Part shown: one piece after another, positions 26,707-63,187 of the stretch | How positions within the stretch are numbered: the stretch's first letter is position 1 | How the letters are laid out: each line of letters opens with the position of its first letter | Assembly (NCBI GenBank): GCA_051294375.1 | Contig: CM119264.1 | Coordinates: forward strand, 23,754,858-23,818,857 | DNA length: 64,000 bases | DNA from: Paraspadella gotoi | Lineage: Eukaryota; Animalia; Chaetognatha | Direction: 5' to 3' | The notes under the pieces: generated by a model | Told to the model about the DNA's origin: nothing | What the model saw: the letters and a program-made list of their open reading frames with translations, nothing else | Database searches by the model: none | Made by a program: the position numbers and the translations under genes

Positions 26707-27458
26707 TTTTTTAGTTGCGCCACGAGCAACTCTATAAGTCACTTTTCGGTCGGTCTGTCGGTNNNNNNNNNNNNNNNNNNNNNNNNNNNNNNNNNNNNNN
26801 NNNNNNNNNNNNNNNNNNNNNNNNNNNNNNNNNNNNNNNNNNNNNNNNNNNNNNNNNNNNNNNNNNNNNNNNNNNNNNNNNNNNNNNNNNNNNNNNNNNN
26901 NNNNNNNNNNNNNNNNNNNNNNNNNNNNNNNNNNNNNNNNNNNNNNNNNNNNNNNATTTGTTAAGATAGGAAAAAACCTTAAATCTAAGGGACTGTTAGC
27001 GCCGCCTTTAAGGAAATCCTAAAACTATAAGGAATAAAAGACGGAATTTCNNNNNNNNNNNNNNNNNNNNNNNNNNNNNNNNNNNNNNNNNNNNNNNNNN
27101 NNNNNNNNNNNNNNNNNNNNNNNNNNNNNNNNNNNNNNNNNNNNNNNNNNNNNNNNNNNNNNNNNNNNNNNNNNNNNNNNNNNNNNNNNNNNNNNNNNNN
27201 NNNNNNNNNNNNNNNNNNNNNNNNNNNNNNNNNNNNNAGGGAAATACACATGAAAATAAAGTCACTGCGGCGCAACATATTGGAATCACTGTTCTTGTTT
27301 TTACATACAATTAATAGAATTAATACGAGTAAACCATTGTGTAAAACAATGAAAAATTTGGCCGTTCGAATCTCAAAAGCAACGAAATGAAAAAAAAAAC
27401 CCACAAAAATAGGACGTTTAATTTCGGGCACAGCAAGCCCGGGCCTGCCCGGCTTAAG
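26707..27458 (+). mobile_element. Putative non-autonomous Helentron-associated element (HINE/DINE-1-like), mostly in gaps
   Basis: Starts in a T-run with the short inverted repeat AGTTGC..GCAACT, followed by a GTCGGTCTGTCGGT (GTCY) tract, and ends with the GC hairpin aagcccgggc-ct-gcccggctt. Internal segments match 63355-63750. Confidence 0.5.
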
Positions 27459-27876
27459 ATTTCTTTCTCAAATTGTCAATTTGAACAACAAAGATTAACT
27501 CTCAAAACGCGTGCATTATTCGTCCATACGAGCACACGTGCATAGAAATCCTTAGATAAAGTATTTCAATGTCGTTATTATCTAAGCTGCTCGCCGTCCT
27601 TTCGCCATTACGTAATCATCCCCACCCCAAAAAAAGAGTCTTCCTGAAACGAGATTCTGTCATCAAGTTCTGATTAGCTGCTCAAAAAAACAGAAGCGAC
27701 CGATAATTCCCATCTTCACGTCTGGCGTCTATTTTCTTAATCTCTAACCGGAACCGGAAGTGGCAAATCGATTTCCGGAGGCGGAAACTTTTTTTCCGGT
27801 CTTTCGCCTCCGAGTCATTTACCGAAACTTATTGCAACACTTCTCCGGTCGTCTATCCACAATTCGTTTCGAAAGT

Positions 27877-28185
27877 GCCACTCTCAATATCGGCGTCCAT
27901 TCTCAATATCGACATCCACTCTCAATATCGGCGTCCACACTCAATATCGGCATCCACTCTCAATATCGGCATCCACTCTNNNNNNNNNNNNNNNNNNNNN
28001 NNNNNNNNNNNNNNNNNNNNNNNNNNNNNNNNNNNNNNNNNNNNNNNNNNNNNNNNNNNNNNNNNNNNNNNNNNNNNNNNNNNNNNNNNNNNNNNNNNNN
28101 NNNNNNNNNNNNNNNNNNNNNNNNNNNNNNNNNNNNNGCATCCACTCTCAATATCGGCATCCACTCTCAATATCAGCATCCACTC
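27877..28185. repeat. 19-bp minisatellite (ccactctcaatatcggcat) spanning a gap
   Basis: Directly visible; no unique spacers. Confidence 0.92.
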
Positions 28186-28356
28186 CCGCTTTTTTTATTT
28201 GTCTCGCGGTGACCAGAGGAATCTTTTTACTGCTTTTCTCGCCTTTCACGCAACCCGTTCCCTTTTTTCTTTCTTATTCTTCTCTTTTTCTTCTCTTTCT
28301 CCTTTTTTTGCGATCGTCATACTCTCTCTATCTTTGTCTCTCTCTTTATGTGTTTC

Positions 28357-28390
<34 letters not shown>

Positions 28391-28745
28391 NNNNNNNNNN
28401 NNNNNNNNNNNNNNNNNNNNNNNNNNNNNNNNNNNNNNNNNNNNNNNNNNNNNNNNNNNNNNNNNNNNNNNNNNNNNNNNNNNNNNNNNNNNNNNNNNNN
28501 NNNNNNNNNNNNNNNNNNNNNNNNNNNNNNNNNNNNNNNNNNNNNNNNNNNNNNGACTCGAATTTCTTTATTTCTGACGAATCAAAAGACAAAAAGAAAA
28601 ATGGAAGCCTCGACTAAATCTTCTTTATAATTACTTCTATCTTTTTTCTTTTCTTTTTCCCCTTTCTTTTCCTTCTTTCCCTTTTTAATGCTCATAGCGA
28701 GTTGTACGTGATTGCGCTTTCCTCTCTTCTCTCTCTCCTCTCTCT

Positions 28746-28806
<61 letters not shown>

Positions 28807-30484
28807 AACTTACTCTCTGTATTCACTCCTCTATGAAGCAATTAGGTGAAATTGCTTATAATGAGAAAAGATTTCATCTCCCTGCCATCGGAAAGAGAGA
28901 CAAGCGAATAAAAGGGAAAAGATAAAAGGGAAGAAATAAAATATCAACGCAAAACGTTTTCCATCTTTTTTTTTTTTCTATTTTTTTGTTCTGTCTTTGT
29001 AATGTGGGTTTATTTCGTTTTCATTGTTCTTTTACTAGCTCCCTCATTTCGTCGTTAACTTCTTTCGCTCAAGAAATAGAAAAGAGTTGTCCCATCTTTC
29101 CCACATTTTCAACTGAGATTTTATTCTCTGTCAAAACTTCAATACATTCTCACTTATCCATTTTGAGTGGTGTTTACATTTTCACTTCAAAATGTTTACA
29201 TTTTCACTTTGTTTTCGACTCAATAGTTGAGCCTCCATCTTTTTCGTCTCGAGATTTTTATTCGCGTTTTTTCTTCTTTTTTTTTTATTTCGATTTTGTT
29301 TTTGCTGAAACGAAATCATCAGAAACTTTTTTTTTAATTTCAAAAAAACGAGATTGAGAAAATTGCGAGGATTTTAGAAAAGATTTTAGGTTGACGTAGA
29401 TTCAGACTGGGATCCAAATACAGACCCGGATCTTGAACCAAAATCGGGTCACAACTCTATCCTTTCTACCCCGTTTACATAATCACCTTCATCCTCCTAC
29501 TTTTCTCTTTCTTTTTTCTTTCGCAATATTCTGTTCTATAGTCTGCCTTTCATTTTTCATTCTTTCCTTTAATTCCCTTTAATTTTTTTGTCCTTCTTTA
29601 TTCATTCCTTCCTTACTCCCTTCTTCCCATTCCTTTCCCTACCCTACCTTTATCCTCCTTTACTTCCCTATCTTCAACCCCTAGCGGCGACCAAACATAA
29701 ACAAAAGCCTCGGGTGGATTTAATGAGGATAAAAGAGAAACGAACCGAACGAGGTTTTTCCCTTTTTTTAGATTTATTCCAATTCATTTTGCTCCACTTT
29801 GCGAAATGGTTTTTCATTTCGAATTATATATATTTTTTTTAGTAAAGACTTGTTCCGTTTTGCAGTTAATTATTCGAAGTTACTTTAATTGCAGTTACTC
29901 TCATTGAATTAAAGTCATCGGTATTTACTGTAATCATTAGCGACAAAGGTCAAAACTGGAACCGACAAAAAGTTTAAATCTTTCTCGAAACAAATTTCAA
30001 GTTCCGATCTCTTTAGCTTCAAAAAAAAAATATTAAACTCCAATATTCTCCAAAGACCAAGGAGCTATTGAAGATCCAATCTTCCTCAAGAACCAACAAC
30101 TAAGATCCAATCATCCTTTTGCAATAAATACCCAAAGCTCGATTATCCGTCTCGCGAAGATGTTGGAAGAGAGATAAGGTCTAACGCATCTTGGAACAAA
30201 GTCAAACGTCGATAAATCAATTCTTATCGCAACCAAATCTTTCCTTATCTCCCTAAATCTCCTTTAACCTCTTCAAACTTTTCTCTTCATCTTCGCCTTC
30301 CTAACTTCCTTTCCTTCTTTCCTCCCTTCTCTTTTAATTTTCTACTCTTGCTGTTCTTTTTCTACTGTCTTCTTTCTGGCTTCTATCTTTTTTCTGTCTC
30401 TTCTGCCGCGTGTGCTTGGGACTCGGAGGTCGTGAGAGTGATCACGAGATTCGCCGTTTAGGGTGGACACATTTCTTAATTTTC

Positions 30485-30598
<114 letters not shown>

Positions 30599-31813
30599 TT
30601 CCTCCCTTCCTCCGAAAATCCCCCAGACCATCGAAAACAATCAATTATGGCGGACAGGATGGGCGCGTCTCCGAGCTTGAGGCGAGAGGACGACGACGAC
30701 GACGACGATTACGACGACGATGAGGACGAAACCCACCAAGGACAAAGTCAACAAAGAAAACGACGTCTTAGTGATCAGAAAATGGTCGGGCGGGCTGATG
30801 TAAATTCTGTCATTTAAAATACTTGGTAATTGAAGTAAATTTAACGGACTCTATAATACGTAATATTTCCGGAGCCGCATTCCCATGGTTATTGAAAAAG
30901 AAGTTATTGAAAAAGAAGTTTTCAACGAATCATATGAATATTTTCTAGCTCACTTTATGTAACACCGAAGCATCTGCGATATCGTAAATCGATATTTATT
31001 TCGATTTTTTTTTCTTTTTTCAATTTACGGTGAATTTTATTTCACATCTGCGTCGCAAACGAAGAAAAAAAATTATATAAAAAAAAGGGAATCGTCGTCG
31101 TGTTTGCTCCTTTTGATCACGTGATTATTTCACCTCCACTTCGGTTCTGCTTCTCACTTAATTTACTGCAACCGGCCAGCGATTTTTAGTTATTAGTACT
31201 TAGTTATTCCTAATTACTAATAATAATCGGTAATCATATTTCAAGTTTAATATCGCTATCATTATATTCCTAGTTTAATCATATACTGAAAGTCTTTTTA
31301 AAACCTTTTTTAGTTAAATCAATTGAAGTATGGTTTCCTCTGATGCCCGCTTCTAGATCTATCGACTTCAGTTGTATTCCATCCTGCATTCGATCTTTTT
31401 TTTTCGTTTTCTCCCCAGTTTTCTTTTGCTCTCCTTTCATTTTCCTTTTTTCTTTCTCCCGAAATTTCGATCGATTTTTCAAAAAACAAAAAAGTCTTTT
31501 CAAAAATCGATATTTTTTCTTTTAATTTTATTCGATTGGATTTTGTTTTTGTTTATTTTCTTTGAGCGAGCGACGCTGATTTTCCCCAAGTTTTTTTCCC
31601 CGAATTTTCGGATTTTTATTTTATTTTTTACCTTTGTTTCAATTTTTAACTTTTATATTTTCACAGCTCTTGTCTAAATATATTCATTTTATATTTCTAT
31701 AATTCTATATTTCTATATTTTCTATATTTCTAACGGTAAATATCATTCATGAATCCTGAACGAGTTTGCTTTGGAGAAACGCGTGAACGATTTCCATGAA
31801 AGGAACGGAGAAA

Positions 31814-31851
<38 letters not shown>

Positions 31852-32158
31852 ACGAGAGAGAGAGAGAGAGAGAGAGAGAAGAAATTATTTTTCAAAAACT
31901 TATATGAAATCACGGGGATGAATCATTTCGAAAGGAAATGATTCTATGACAGAAAGAAGGGAGAAAGAGAGAGAAAAGGACAGACAGACAAGAGGAAGAA
32001 GGGACGACGAAAATAGAGACAGATAAAGATACAAAAGGTAATAGAATAATAAGTTTCAAGAAGAAAATTAATAGCAATAGTACAAAAATGAAAGAGTCGG
32101 AGAATTAAAATTATTTACAGGGAATTGCAAATATTCGAAAAATATAAAGAAAGAAATA

Positions 32159-32222
<64 letters not shown>

Positions 32223-32226
32223 AACA

Positions 32227-32290
<64 letters not shown>

Positions 32291-32386
32291 GATTGAATCT
32301 ATGTACAATGAAGAGGAATTCAAAAGAAGAAAGACTCGAATGTAAACAAAAGTAAAAACGAAGACGACGAGAGCGGCGACGTTGAA

Positions 32387-32418
<32 letters not shown>

Positions 32419-34114
32419 AGTCAACACACAACAATAAAACCGCGGGAAAGACTTTTTTCATGGGAATTTTTTTTTCTTTCCTCAAAGAGAAAGAAAAAGT
32501 GGAGGGGGGCGTCGGAGGGGGGGGGGAGTTGAAGATTAATTGGGAAAACAATCGAGGAGAATAAAAGTGAAAAGAGAAAATAAACGTCATTCAGATCGAA
32601 AAACAAGAAATGAGAGAAGAATTAAATGAAAATGACAGGATCAGTTAATGAAGAAAAAAATCAATGGCGAAATAAAAAGAAAAAAAATAAAGAAAAAGGA
32701 GGAAATAAAATAGAAAAAGAAAAAAAAAGTATTTCTTCTCTCTCGATGTAATAAGAAGAAAGTCCATCTTGATTGGACTTTTGCAGTAAATGTTTTGACG
32801 GTTTTATTTTCTTGCGATTACGTTCGCTCACTCACTCACTCTTTCTTTTCTTTCCTTTCCTTTTTTCTTTCCTTTCTTTCTTTCTTTCTTTCTTTCTTTC
32901 TCTCCTTCTTTATTTTCTTTCTTTCTTTTCTTTCTCTCTTTATTTTTTTATTTCTTTCTTTTTTTTCTTTCTATTTCTTCCTCTCGCCACGTGGGCGAGA
33001 CTCTCTCTCTTTCTCCATCTTGTTTTGATTTCCTTTTCCGCCGCCGAATGACGCCACGCATCCCCATTAATCATCTTCCGCCACCTCCTCCTCCTCCTCC
33101 TCCTCCTCCTTGTCTTCCTACTCCGAACCACAATGAGTCTTTCCCCACAAAGCGGAACCACTTTGGCCACTCGACGTCGTCACCCTTTTCTTTCCCTTCA
33201 TTTTCCTTTTCTTTCCCTTCATTTTCCTTTTCTTTCCCTTCTTTTTCCTTTTCTTTCCCTTCTTTTTCCTTTTCTTTCCTTTTTTTTTTAAATCTTCATC
33301 GGTCTCTAGATCTTCCCCAAGATTCGATACAAACCTTTTTAATAAATGATAGATTCACGGAATCACGTTTCACTCTTTATTCATACCTTCACTTTTCTAC
33401 TTCGAGTCTCAACACTATCCCTCATTTTTACCTCTTTTCTCCCTTTTTCTTTCCTTTCCTCCTTTTCTTTCTCTAGATTCGTTGCCTCCTTCACATTGCT
33501 GTTTATTGCTTCTCTCTCTCCTTTCCTCCTCTCATTTCACGGATCCTCCCTTTCCTCGTTACTCCCTGTCACCCTCCGTCCCTTCTTCGTTGCTGTCTTC
33601 GCTCCCTTCATCTACCCCTTCTTCCTCCCGTTCACTCTCTCTTTTCCTCCCTCTCCCTCATCTTCCTTTCTCTNNNNNNNNNNNNNNNNNNNNNNNNNNN
33701 NNNNNNNNNNNNNNNNNNNNNNNNNNNNNNNNNNNNNNNNNNNNNNNNNNNNNNNNNNNNNNNNNNNNNNNNNNNNNNNNNNNNNNNNNNNNNNNNNNNN
33801 NNNNNNNNNNNNNNNNNNNNNNNNNNNNNNNNNNNNNNNNNNNNNNNNNNNNNNNNNNNNNNNNNNNNNNNNNNNNNNNNNNNNNNNNNNNNNNNNNNNN
33901 NNNNNNNNNNNNNNNNNNNNNNNNNNNNNNNNNNNNNNNNNNNNNNNNNNNNNNNNNNNNNNNNNNNNNNNNNNNNNNNNNNNNNNNNNNNNNNNNNNNN
34001 NNNNNNNNNNNNNNNNNNNNNNNNNNNNNNNNNNNNNNNNNNNNNNNNNNNNNNNNNNNNNNNNNNNNNNNNNNNNNNNNNNNNNNNNNNNNNNNNNNNN
34101 NNNNNNNNNNNNNN

Positions 34115-34137
34115 ATCCCATCCGTTCTTCGAAGAAT
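34115..34137 (-). CDS. Possible start of the next IgSF exon (ILRRTDG...), running into gap 33674-34114
   Basis: ttctgtttgcgcgtgtag acceptor-like site; only 23 nt are visible. Confidence 0.2.
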
Positions 34138-34258
34138 CTACACGCGCAAACAGAATTTATTTCTTCAAGAAGTAAACAATGCGATTTGTTTGCTTTTATT
34201 TTCAAACGTGCGCGCTTTTTCATGGGAAGAGAGAGAGGAGAGAGAGAGAGAGAGGAGA

Positions 34259-34298
<40 letters not shown>

Positions 34299-34686
34299 AG
34301 AAGAGGACGAGAGAGAGAGAGAGGCCTCTTTTTACTTTTATGTATATACGCCCTTATATTCGTTGGCCCAAAGTCGCAAAATAGATTGGAAAAAATATCT
34401 GAAGTAAAGAAACTTTGAAAAATTAGGAATAAGAAAAAAAAAAAAGAGAAGGAAAAAAATGAATAAAGAAAGAGAAAATGAAAGGAGAAGATAAAGCGGA
34501 AATCAGCGAGAAAGAAAAATCGAGATTTCTCNNNNNNNNNNNNNNNNNNNNNNNNNNNNNNNNNNNNNNNNNNNNNNNNNNNNNNNNNNNNNNNNNNNNN
34601 NATTTCTTATTCTTTTTGTCTTTTTCCTCATTTCTCCTCCTCTTTTTTATCCTTTCTTTTCTGATTTTGGAGAAGCGTTTAATCAT

Positions 34687-34817
<131 letters not shown>

Positions 34818-35302
34818 ATCTATCTCTCGCATGTGACGATCGAAAAAACATCGTCAAAAACAGTCCCTCGTTAATTCATTAATTAATAATAATACAATTA
34901 TTGATTAATTCGAGGTTTTGTTTTATTTAATAATATGTCGATTCTTTACTCTCTTAATTTATTCATGTATGTATCCTCAAATTTATTAATCTCTAAATTT
35001 CTTAAATTAAATTTTTTTTTAATTAATAAATTATTTTAACATAGATATTCATTCACCAAAAATTTATTTATTTATTCATTTTTTGTTTTTGATTACCTAC
35101 ATAAATCACCTTTTCTCTCTCGAGTTGAATTAATAAAACTACTTTTGGACAAGAATAAAAATGGCTCACAGTTTTACATCGATGAGCGTGTTCGCTTCAT
35201 TTTTTGAAGGATTTTTTGAGTCATTTTTTGACTCTTTGTTTCTTTTGCTACATCGGATCTAAAATAATAATTTTTTTCACTTTGCCATTTCGGTTAATAG
35301 TA

Positions 35303-35792
35303 ATGAAATTGGTACAACCAATATAAAAATTATCCATTCATTTAATAAATAAGCTATCTTGCCCCTGACTTTGGACAGGCTTTGGTGGTTTAAGGCCTCC
35401 ATCACTCTTACAAGATAATGACATAGCAGGTCCCTGCAAGCTTTCAATCAAGACTCTCTCACAGTCTCGTTTATTCACTCCCAGAGTTCCTGGCTTCCCT
35501 ATCAATGAAGTGGTATAATATTTCAAAGAATGTTTCAATTGTATGAAAAGACCACTCCCTTAAGTATTAGATCGGGGAATACTTATTGTACTCCGCACTA
35601 GCATCAAAATACAAGGAGCTGAATTTTATGAAATTGGTACAACCAATATAAAAATTATCCATTCATTTAATAAATAAGCTATCTTGCCCCTGACTTTGGA
35701 CAGGCTTTGGTGGTTTAAGGCCTCCACTCTTACAAGATAATGACATAGCAGGTCCCTGCAAGCTTTCAATCAAGACTCTCTCACAGTCTCGT
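35303..35792 (-). mobile_element. Two head-to-tail 5'-truncated copies of family X (35303-~35627 and 35628-35792)
   Basis: About 165 bp direct repeat. The longer copy is preceded on the minus strand by a reading frame ending ...REWSFHTIETFFEILYHFIDREARNSGSE*. Confidence 0.75.
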
Positions 35793-36155
35793 AAATGAGA
35801 AATACAAATATGGCATCCATTGCAAAACTACCCGGTTTCACTTGGCAGAGAACAAAAAAAAAATATTAACTTCTCATTCTCTCCGAACGTCGACTGAGAA
35901 AGAAAAAGAGATAAAATAGAGAATTCTGTCGGGAGTTGAAAATTAAATAGATAATAATTAAATGGATAAAAAAATTAAAAAAAGGAATTAAGCGGATTTT
36001 CTGTTCCTTTGTTCCGCGATTCGACAAAGATGGAGCAGAGGACAAGATTAAGAGAGACGAGAACGATGATAACATAGAAGTTGTGTGAGTGTGAGGTGAG
36101 ATATGTGAACAGTGATTAAAGATGGGAAAGTGAACGAACTATTTAACTATTTAAC

Positions 36156-36156
<1 letters not shown>

Positions 36157-36250
<94 letters not shown>
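36157..36250. repeat. (ATT)n microsatellite
   Basis: Directly visible; (AAT)n also at 52302-52392. Confidence 0.95.
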
Positions 36251-36251
<1 letters not shown>

Positions 36252-36418
36252 CCATCCATCATCCATCAATCTATTCATTTATCCATCCATCCATTCAACT
36301 ATCCGTCCATATATTCATCCATTCGTACATTCCTACATCCACCCACACATACACCAACCTATTCATACACACATCCCCTCACATCATCCCCCGACTCACA
36401 CCCCAAACCCAAACTCAC

Positions 36419-59014
<22,596 letters not shown>

Positions 59015-60480
59015 CTGTAGGGAACAGATGGTGAGGGAAGATGGTGAGAGAGAGAGATGGTGAATGGAGATGATCTAAGAAAAGGTGATACGAAAATAAG
59101 TATAGAAAATATCTCGAAGATTAGTTTTTCTTCACGCCTTTTTAATTCTATATTTATGTATTTTGTTGCTGATGTTATACATCAGTGATTTATGCTATTG
59201 TATCATACTTGATATTAAATAAAATTGTCATTAAACGAACATGAAAAGAGAAAGTAAAAAAATGTGACGAAGAGATCAAGAAGCTGAAGTTGTTGACTAG
59301 AATGACATAGTCGATAATATTTATCATATAATGTAAAATAAGACATATGAAAATAAGTGCATTTCAAGTAAGAATAAAAAAAAATAGCTGACGCGTAAAG
59401 CAGATGTCACATGTCAAATTATGATTATGACGAAGATAAATTCAATGATAATGCGAGAGAGAGAGAGAGNNNNNNNNNNNNNNNNNNNNNNNNNNNNNNN
59501 NNNNNNNNNNNNNNNNNNNNNNNNNNNNNNNNNNNNNNNNNNNNNNNNNNNNNNNNNNNNNNNNNNNNNNNNNNNNNNNNNNNNNNNNNNNNNNNNNNNN
59601 NNNNNNNNNNNNNNNNNNNNNNNNNNNNNNNNNNNNNNNNNNNNNNNNNNNNNNNNNNNNNNNNNTTTAAATTTACGACCGCCAGAGGGAAACGAGAGAA
59701 AGTCGACGAAAACAAAAGGGGAGGTTAAGGGAGAAACAAAGAAACGAAACAAGACGAAGAGAGCGGAAAAAAAAGAAGGGAAAAAAAATTTAAGGAAAAA
59801 AAATTGGTATATTTTTTGTTTGGAAAGAAATAAATTTGATTTATCGAGCAAAAAAAAACAACATTGTTTTAAAATTGAATGACGTCGAGAACAAAGGAAG
59901 GAACTTGAATCGCCCTTAACGAAAGCACGTCTCCTCTTTTATGTCATGTCTGTCTCATCTTTTTTGTGTCATGTCTTTTTCCTCAATCATTCTTTGTGTC
60001 AAAACTCTCAGTATTTTTCTATGTTACATGTCTGTCATTGTCTGTCTCCATCTCCATCCTCTATTGTGTCCTAACTCTCGCAATTATCCTTTGTCTTCTC
60101 CTTGCGTCATGTCATGTTGTATGCCATATAAGCCACGTCTAACGTCTTCTTTGGTTCAAGTCTGGTTCCTCCTTTGTCTCCTTCTTTCTCACGTTTTTCT
60201 AATATTTTCTCTCATGTCTTCTTTTTCTTTCCTTTTCTCTTCTCTATCTCTAATATCTTTTCTTTTTTTCATTTTTCCTTTTCTCTTCTCTTTAGTCGGT
60301 CGCACTGATTTTCTTAATCTCCCACCCCGATATTTTCTTTTCTTTCTCCATCATATTCATATCCTTTCTTTTCTTTTCTCTTCTCTGACCTTTTTGCCTC
60401 TTGATTCCATCAGTTTTGTTTTTGTGGCGTTTGTTTTCATTCGTTGTCCTTGCTTGCTTGCTTGCTTATTTTCGTCGTCG

Positions 60481-60558
60481 TGGTTGTTCTGTCATGTTTG
60501 CCAGTTTATTTTCATCGTCTTGGTTGTTCTGTCATGCTTGCCAGTTTATTTTCATCCT
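60481..60558. repeat. 40-bp tandem repeat x2
   Basis: tggttgttctgtcatg.ttgccagtttattttcatc at 60481 and 60521. Confidence 0.9.
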
Positions 60559-61569
60559 TGGGGTTATTGTTTCTTGCTTGCTTGCTTTCGTCGTCGACGT
60601 GGTTGATGTTGTTGTTTCTCGTTGTTGTTGTTGTTGTCGGTTTTATTTTCGTCATCGACGTCGTCACCATTCGCTTTTCATTTCTCTCTTTTCGTCTTGA
60701 GCTTCCAATTCGGAATTTGACCCCATTTTGTCGTCGTCGTCATCGTCATTGTCTTCTCCGGCGTCGTCGTCGTCGTCACGTGATTCTGAGCTCAAGAATC
60801 GTGTGAAACTTGGATGAGGACGAAGAAACGAAGCGAAAGAACAAAAGAACAAAAGAGGAACAAAGAAAAAAGTCCGATGGAAAATTCTTAAGGAAAATAC
60901 GTGAGTTACCAACGATGTTAACCTTTAGTATTTTGTATCTGTTAATTTTACGCAATGTTCTTTTTTTTGCCATAATGTTTAAACTTTAAAGTTGTATATA
61001 AACAATTATTGACATACCTGTTTTCATTCTCTGCTGATTCACATCAATAACATCATCTACTGTTCCACGACTGGGCGAGAATATTATGTTTCATACCTAA
61101 CTAGGAATGAAAAAGCGATTTCATTGTTCTCCAAAAAGATCTGCAGGAACTTTATTCTTCACACCACAGTGGACAACACTTCACACGAATTGAATCGCCG
61201 GCCAAACCGGTGAGGTGGAGGAAGGTTGGAGACCTGTGGCGGATCGTTTCACATGCAATTTTAGTAATTTCGATAAAAGAATTTCGACGGATGCGGCAGG
61301 TCAAAATTTTGTGAAATTTTCGCGCCCAATCGACCGTTTATTTTCGGTGAAATCTTCGAAGTTTTTCGTGATTTCGTTTTTTTTTTTTCTCGCAAATTTC
61401 GATCAAATTTACAAGACAGCGAACAAGGGAAATTTTATATTTTCGAATTCGCACATTCATTGCGAGTTCTTTCCGTCTTAGTATCATGATGGATGTCTTT
61501 CGTACACTGATTTCATTTGTTTCGTCGACGTCGGCTTTCGTCCGTATTACGCGCGATTTCGCCAGATGC

Positions 61570-61700
61570 TTCGCCCTTGCCTTCGCCCTTCGGCCATTCG
61601 CCCTTAATTCTAGGCCTTCATTCTTCGCCCTTCCCCTTCGTCTTTCGCCTTCGCCCTTCATCCTTCGCCCTTCGCCCTTCGCCCTTCGCCCTTGCGCCTC
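61570..61700. repeat. 7-bp tandem repeat (cgccctt)
   Basis: Directly visible. Confidence 0.85.
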
Positions 61701-61916
61701 GCCTTGTGTTGCCGCACGAAGAGTTCGTCATCTAGTTCGCCGTGGGATCATCGTCGTCTCCTTCGTCTTTATCCTCCACTTCCTTCCTAGATAAACCCGC
61801 AATCTCCCTCTCTATCCCCTTCTTCTCTTCCATATTTCCATCTCCATCTACATCAGTACCTCTATCTCCATCTTTCCCTCAATCTCTCTCCCTCAACCTC
61901 GACGACGACGAAGACG

Positions 61917-62162
61917 ATGAAGAATGACGACGACGACGCCGACGACGACGACGGCTCGTCTAGTTCCACAGAGTTTCGCCGCCACGATCTTCTCCCGGCC
62001 TTCCTCACCCTTCCGCCCCTGATCTGCCCGTGCTGCTGGCCGCCCTGCTGCCCTGCATCCTCCCTCTTTCTCATCTTTCTTCCTTCCGCCGAGTGCATTC
62101 AACAGTTCCAGACTGTCGTTCCTGTTGGAACAGACGTCGCCTTCGACTGCGTGTCTTGTCCG
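61917..62162 (+). CDS. Putative first coding exon of an IgSF protein: signal peptide + V-domain A'-B strands (..LFLIFLPSAEC-IQQFQTVVPVGTDVAFDCVSCP); start codon uncertain
   Basis: Hydrophobic stretch (partly in a shifted frame: LPVLLAALLPCIL), A-x-C cleavage-like site, V-x-x-G-x-x-V-x-F-x-C Ig motif, GT at 62163. Confidence 0.65.
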
Positions 62163-62444
62163 GTGATGTTCAGTGATGTTTGCTGTTGCTGCTTCTGCTT
62201 GGCAGATGCTGCTTTTTTACTCTTTCTTTATTTTAATTAAGACTGCTAAAGACATTTTTTTATTTATCAATAATTACAATAAATTTATTATTAGTTTCCC
62301 GGCATTTCCGCATTGCGCTCCGCTGATCTTCGCCGCTGAGGATTAAACTCAATTATTTCCTCCAATTACAATTTTGCGATTAACTTTTAAAACTCATTTT
62401 CGTCGGTAAAGTCGTCGTTGACCGTTCTACTACCAACCGTCATC

Positions 62445-62598
62445 CATCATCATCATCATCATCATCATCATATCATCATCATCATATCATCATCATCATC
62501 ATCATCGTCATCATCTATCAATCGTCATCATCATCGTGACAATAAATCATCATAACCTTAATCTCTATTACTAATAATCCCTTCACATTAATATTCCC
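62445..62598. repeat. (ATC)n tract plus unique flank, repeated in the same orientation at 63877-64000
   Basis: atcgtgacaataaatcatcataaccttaatctctattact..cccttcacattaatattccc is present twice, across a gap. Confidence 0.9.
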
Positions 62599-63187
62599 TC
62601 CTACCTTTCATTTTCTCCGCCTCTCCCGCGCTTTCACCTCCACCGCCATTTCCGCACCATCTCCCACCCCACCCTCTTTCATTAAGTCTTTCTCTTTCTT
62701 TCGCTGATTCGATTTCAATTAAGCCGCCTGCAATTGGACTTTTTCTTCTCCGCGTCTCCCACCACCCCCCCCTCTTGACCCCCTCCTGCGCCCCCACTAT
62801 TTCTCGAGTTTCACCAGGCACGCTTTGCTTTTTTTTTCATGCTTTTGACTCTCTGCTTCGAATTTCCTACTTTTCTTGCCATCGACGCTTTATTTTTTCG
62901 CTTCTTTCTCGTATTCTGGGCTCTAGTACTTTTTTTTTTACTTTTTTGCCTCTTTGCCCTTTCTGTACATGAGTTTACCGGCTTGACGACGGCAAGCGAA
63001 CGACTATAATGACGACGACCACAACCATAATAACGACGACGACGCGCGTTTTAAATTTCAAATTCTACTCAAGTATCTTTGACAATAAAAACTTTTAAAA
63101 AAACCTTTAAGGTCGACAGGAAGAAAAAAGTTTTATACTCAAGAAAAAGAAAACTATTTTTGAGAGTGGACCATGCTGCGAGAAAAC

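Noticed and set aside
27877-28185. CRISPR-like array (also 1885-2190, 3290-3592, 51570-51900)
   Set aside because: Units are contiguous with no unique spacers, there are no cas genes, and the context is eukaryotic: these are minisatellites.
35435-35470. Hammerhead ribozyme core in family X (ctgtgagagag...gaaagc on the minus strand)
   Set aside because: Does not match the CUGANGA core and I could not build stems I/III; kept only as a testable aside.
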